This document shows positions 61,042-62,418 of a stretch of 62,418 bases of DNA, one piece after another. The notes beneath the pieces were generated by a model that was given only the letters and a program-made list of their open reading frames with translations, was not told the origin of the DNA and did no database searches. The stretch comes from Sandaracinaceae bacterium (GTDB lineage Bacteria; Myxococcota_A; Polyangia; Polyangiales; Sandaracinaceae). The stretch covers positions 1 through 62,418 of the forward strand of contig JBGAQA010000037.1 in the NCBI GenBank assembly GCA_044220955.1, read 5' to 3'. Numbering within the stretch: position 1 is the first letter of the stretch; each line of letters starts with the position of its first letter. The translations under genes were made by a program, and so were the position numbers.

Positions 61042-62418
61042 CCGAGAAAGGAGGCCGCCTGGCCGGTGCTCGCGAAGCCGTTCTCGCCGTGCTCGAAGAG
61101 GTCGGTGAGGCCGCCCGTGCCCACCTCCGCGATCGACTCGACGCGGCGGACACCGTCCGCGCCGCGCACGAGCCGCACCACGACGTGGATCGAGCTCGCG
61201 ACGAGCGAGCCGACGCCGTCGCGGCCGCCCGAGAGCGACGCGAGCGCCTCGAGGTGGTCGAGCACCGAGCTACCCGACGCCGTGCGGATGCCGAGGACCG
61301 TGCCGCCGCCGCGCGAGGCCGCGAGGACGAGCGCCTCGCGCGCCTCACCCCCGCGCACGCCGTCGACGACGACGCGATCGGCGCGCAGCCGGCTCGCGCG
61401 CGTCAAGAGCTCGGAGAAGCTCGTGCCCGCGGCCGCGAGCCGCACCGCCCTCGGGTTGGCGATGGGCAGCTCGCTCATCGCCTCGACCACGAGCAGGCGC
61501 TCGTCCTGGCCACCCATCGCAGCGAGCGCACCGACCAGCAGCGCGACGCCCGCGTCGGAGGGCCCGACGACGGCGATGTTCCGGCGCACGGCGATCGCGG
61601 AGCGGAGCGTGCGCAGCATGTCCGCGGACAGCATCCCCGCGCTGACCAGCGACTCCCCCGAGGGGCCCGGGCGGCCGACGCGGCGGATCTCCATCAGCGC
61701 GCCGCCCACCGCGACGGGCGGCAGGATCGCCAGGATGTGCGTCCCGTCGGGCAGGGTCGCCTCGGCGATCGGATGCGCGCCATCGAGCTGCACGCGCGCG
61801 CGAGAGAGCAGGTGCCGCGCGACGCGCGTGACGGAGTCGGCGGAGGCGAAGCGCTGGCCCGTGGAGGAGAGCCCGCTCCCGCGGTCGGCGAGCACGTTCG
61901 TGCCCTCGACGACGATCTCGAGCACGCCGACCTCCTCGAGCAGCGCGCCGAGCGGGCCCATGCCCTCGGGACCGAGCTCGATGGTGCGGATCTCGTGGAC
62001 GTGCGCGCCGTTGTCGGGCATGGCCGCCGCGCCGCCGAGCACGGCGGCCGAAGGCGGCTGGATCGCTCGCGCCGTCTCGACCCGCGGCGGCTGCTGCTGC
62101 GCGGGCTCGGCGCGCATCGGCGCGGGCGGCTCGGCGCGCATCGGCGCGGGCGGCTCGGCGCGCATCGGCGCGGGCGGCTCGGCGCGCATCGGCGGCGCGT
62201 CGGTCCGGGCTCCCGGAGGATCGGCGCGGGGCGCGGGCGCCGGTGCGCCGCCGACGCTCGGGCGCGCCGGCATCACCACGCGCGGCGAGGGGGCCACGGT
62301 CTCGTCGGCCGGCTCCTCGTCGAGCGCGAAGCGATCGGCGCCCGCCGGCATCGGCGGCGGCTCGGACGGCGGGGACTCCTGGCGCGGCAGCGGAGGAGGC
62401 GCCGGCGCAGCGGCGACC
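61038..62418 (-). CDS. CpaF/TadA-like secretion ATPase homolog with degenerate catalytic motifs (5' end outside window)
   Basis: GMGPLGALL...EIVV, EATLPDG....ILPPVA, RLRADRVVVDGVRGGEA; Walker A reads GPSDAGVA; frame stays open to the window edge. Confidence 0.8.
   Translation of the reverse strand, partial: VAAAPAPPPLPRQESPPSEPPPMPAGADRFALDEEPADETVAPSPRVVMPARPSVGGAPAPAPRADPPGARTDAPPMRAEPPAPMRAEPPAPMRAEPPAPMRAEPAQQQPPRVETARAIQPPSAAVLGGAAAMPDNGAHVHEIRTIELGPEGMGPLGALLEEVGVLEIVVEGTNVLADRGSGLSSTGQRFASADSVTRVARHLLSRARVQLDGAHPIAEATLPDGTHILAILPPVAVGGALMEIRRVGRPGPSGESLVSAGMLSADMLRTLRSAIAVRRNIAVVGPSDAGVALLVGALAAMGGQDERLLVVEAMSELPIANPRAVRLAAAGTSFSELLTRASRLRADRVVVDGVRGGEAREALVLAASRGGGTVLGIRTASGSSVLDHLEALASLSGGRDGVGSLVASSIHVVVRLVRGADGVRRVESIAEVGTGGLTDLFEHGENGFASTGQAASFLG
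62104..62194. repeat. 24-bp coding tandem repeat (about 3.8 copies) encoding PAPMRAEP
   Basis: Unit ggctcggcgcgcatcggcgcgggc at 62104, 62128, 62152 and 62176 (last copy partial). Confidence 0.9.

Overview
Very GC-rich (roughly 72-75% by eye), densely coding chromosomal segment with a strong Myxococcota/Polyangiales signature: two FHA-sigma54 enhancer-binding proteins, a Hanks Ser/Thr kinase, a MYXO-CTERM protein and many Cys-rich/RCC1/vWA lipoproteins. About 60 CDS are supportable. They include rpe, nth, apbE, a YyaL-type thioredoxin-domain protein, purD, an ABC-F ATPase and a MocR(PdxR-like)-pdxS-pdxT unit. A complete selenocysteine locus (tRNA-Sec/selC, selA, selB, Cys-type selD) is translationally coupled to a MoxR-DUF58-transglutaminase module. 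Also present are DUF4266-DUF3570, a GH92 mannosidase, a phytochelatin-synthase-family protein, an internally deleted lspA and a degenerate CpaF/TadA-like ATPase. No CRISPR array, transposase, integrase or rRNA was seen. The most notable non-annotated signals are: (i) a 20-bp lux-box-like palindrome at canonical activator distance between a receiver-less LuxR-HTH protein carrying a Cys motif and a divergent orphan PAS kinase; (ii) pervasive leaderless-type gene starts (TANNNT 6-8 nt before the start codon); and (iii) several palindromic intergenic repeat families, one showing compensatory base changes. All family calls come from motif recognition by eye, not database searches, and many starts were re-chosen inside longer ORFs.
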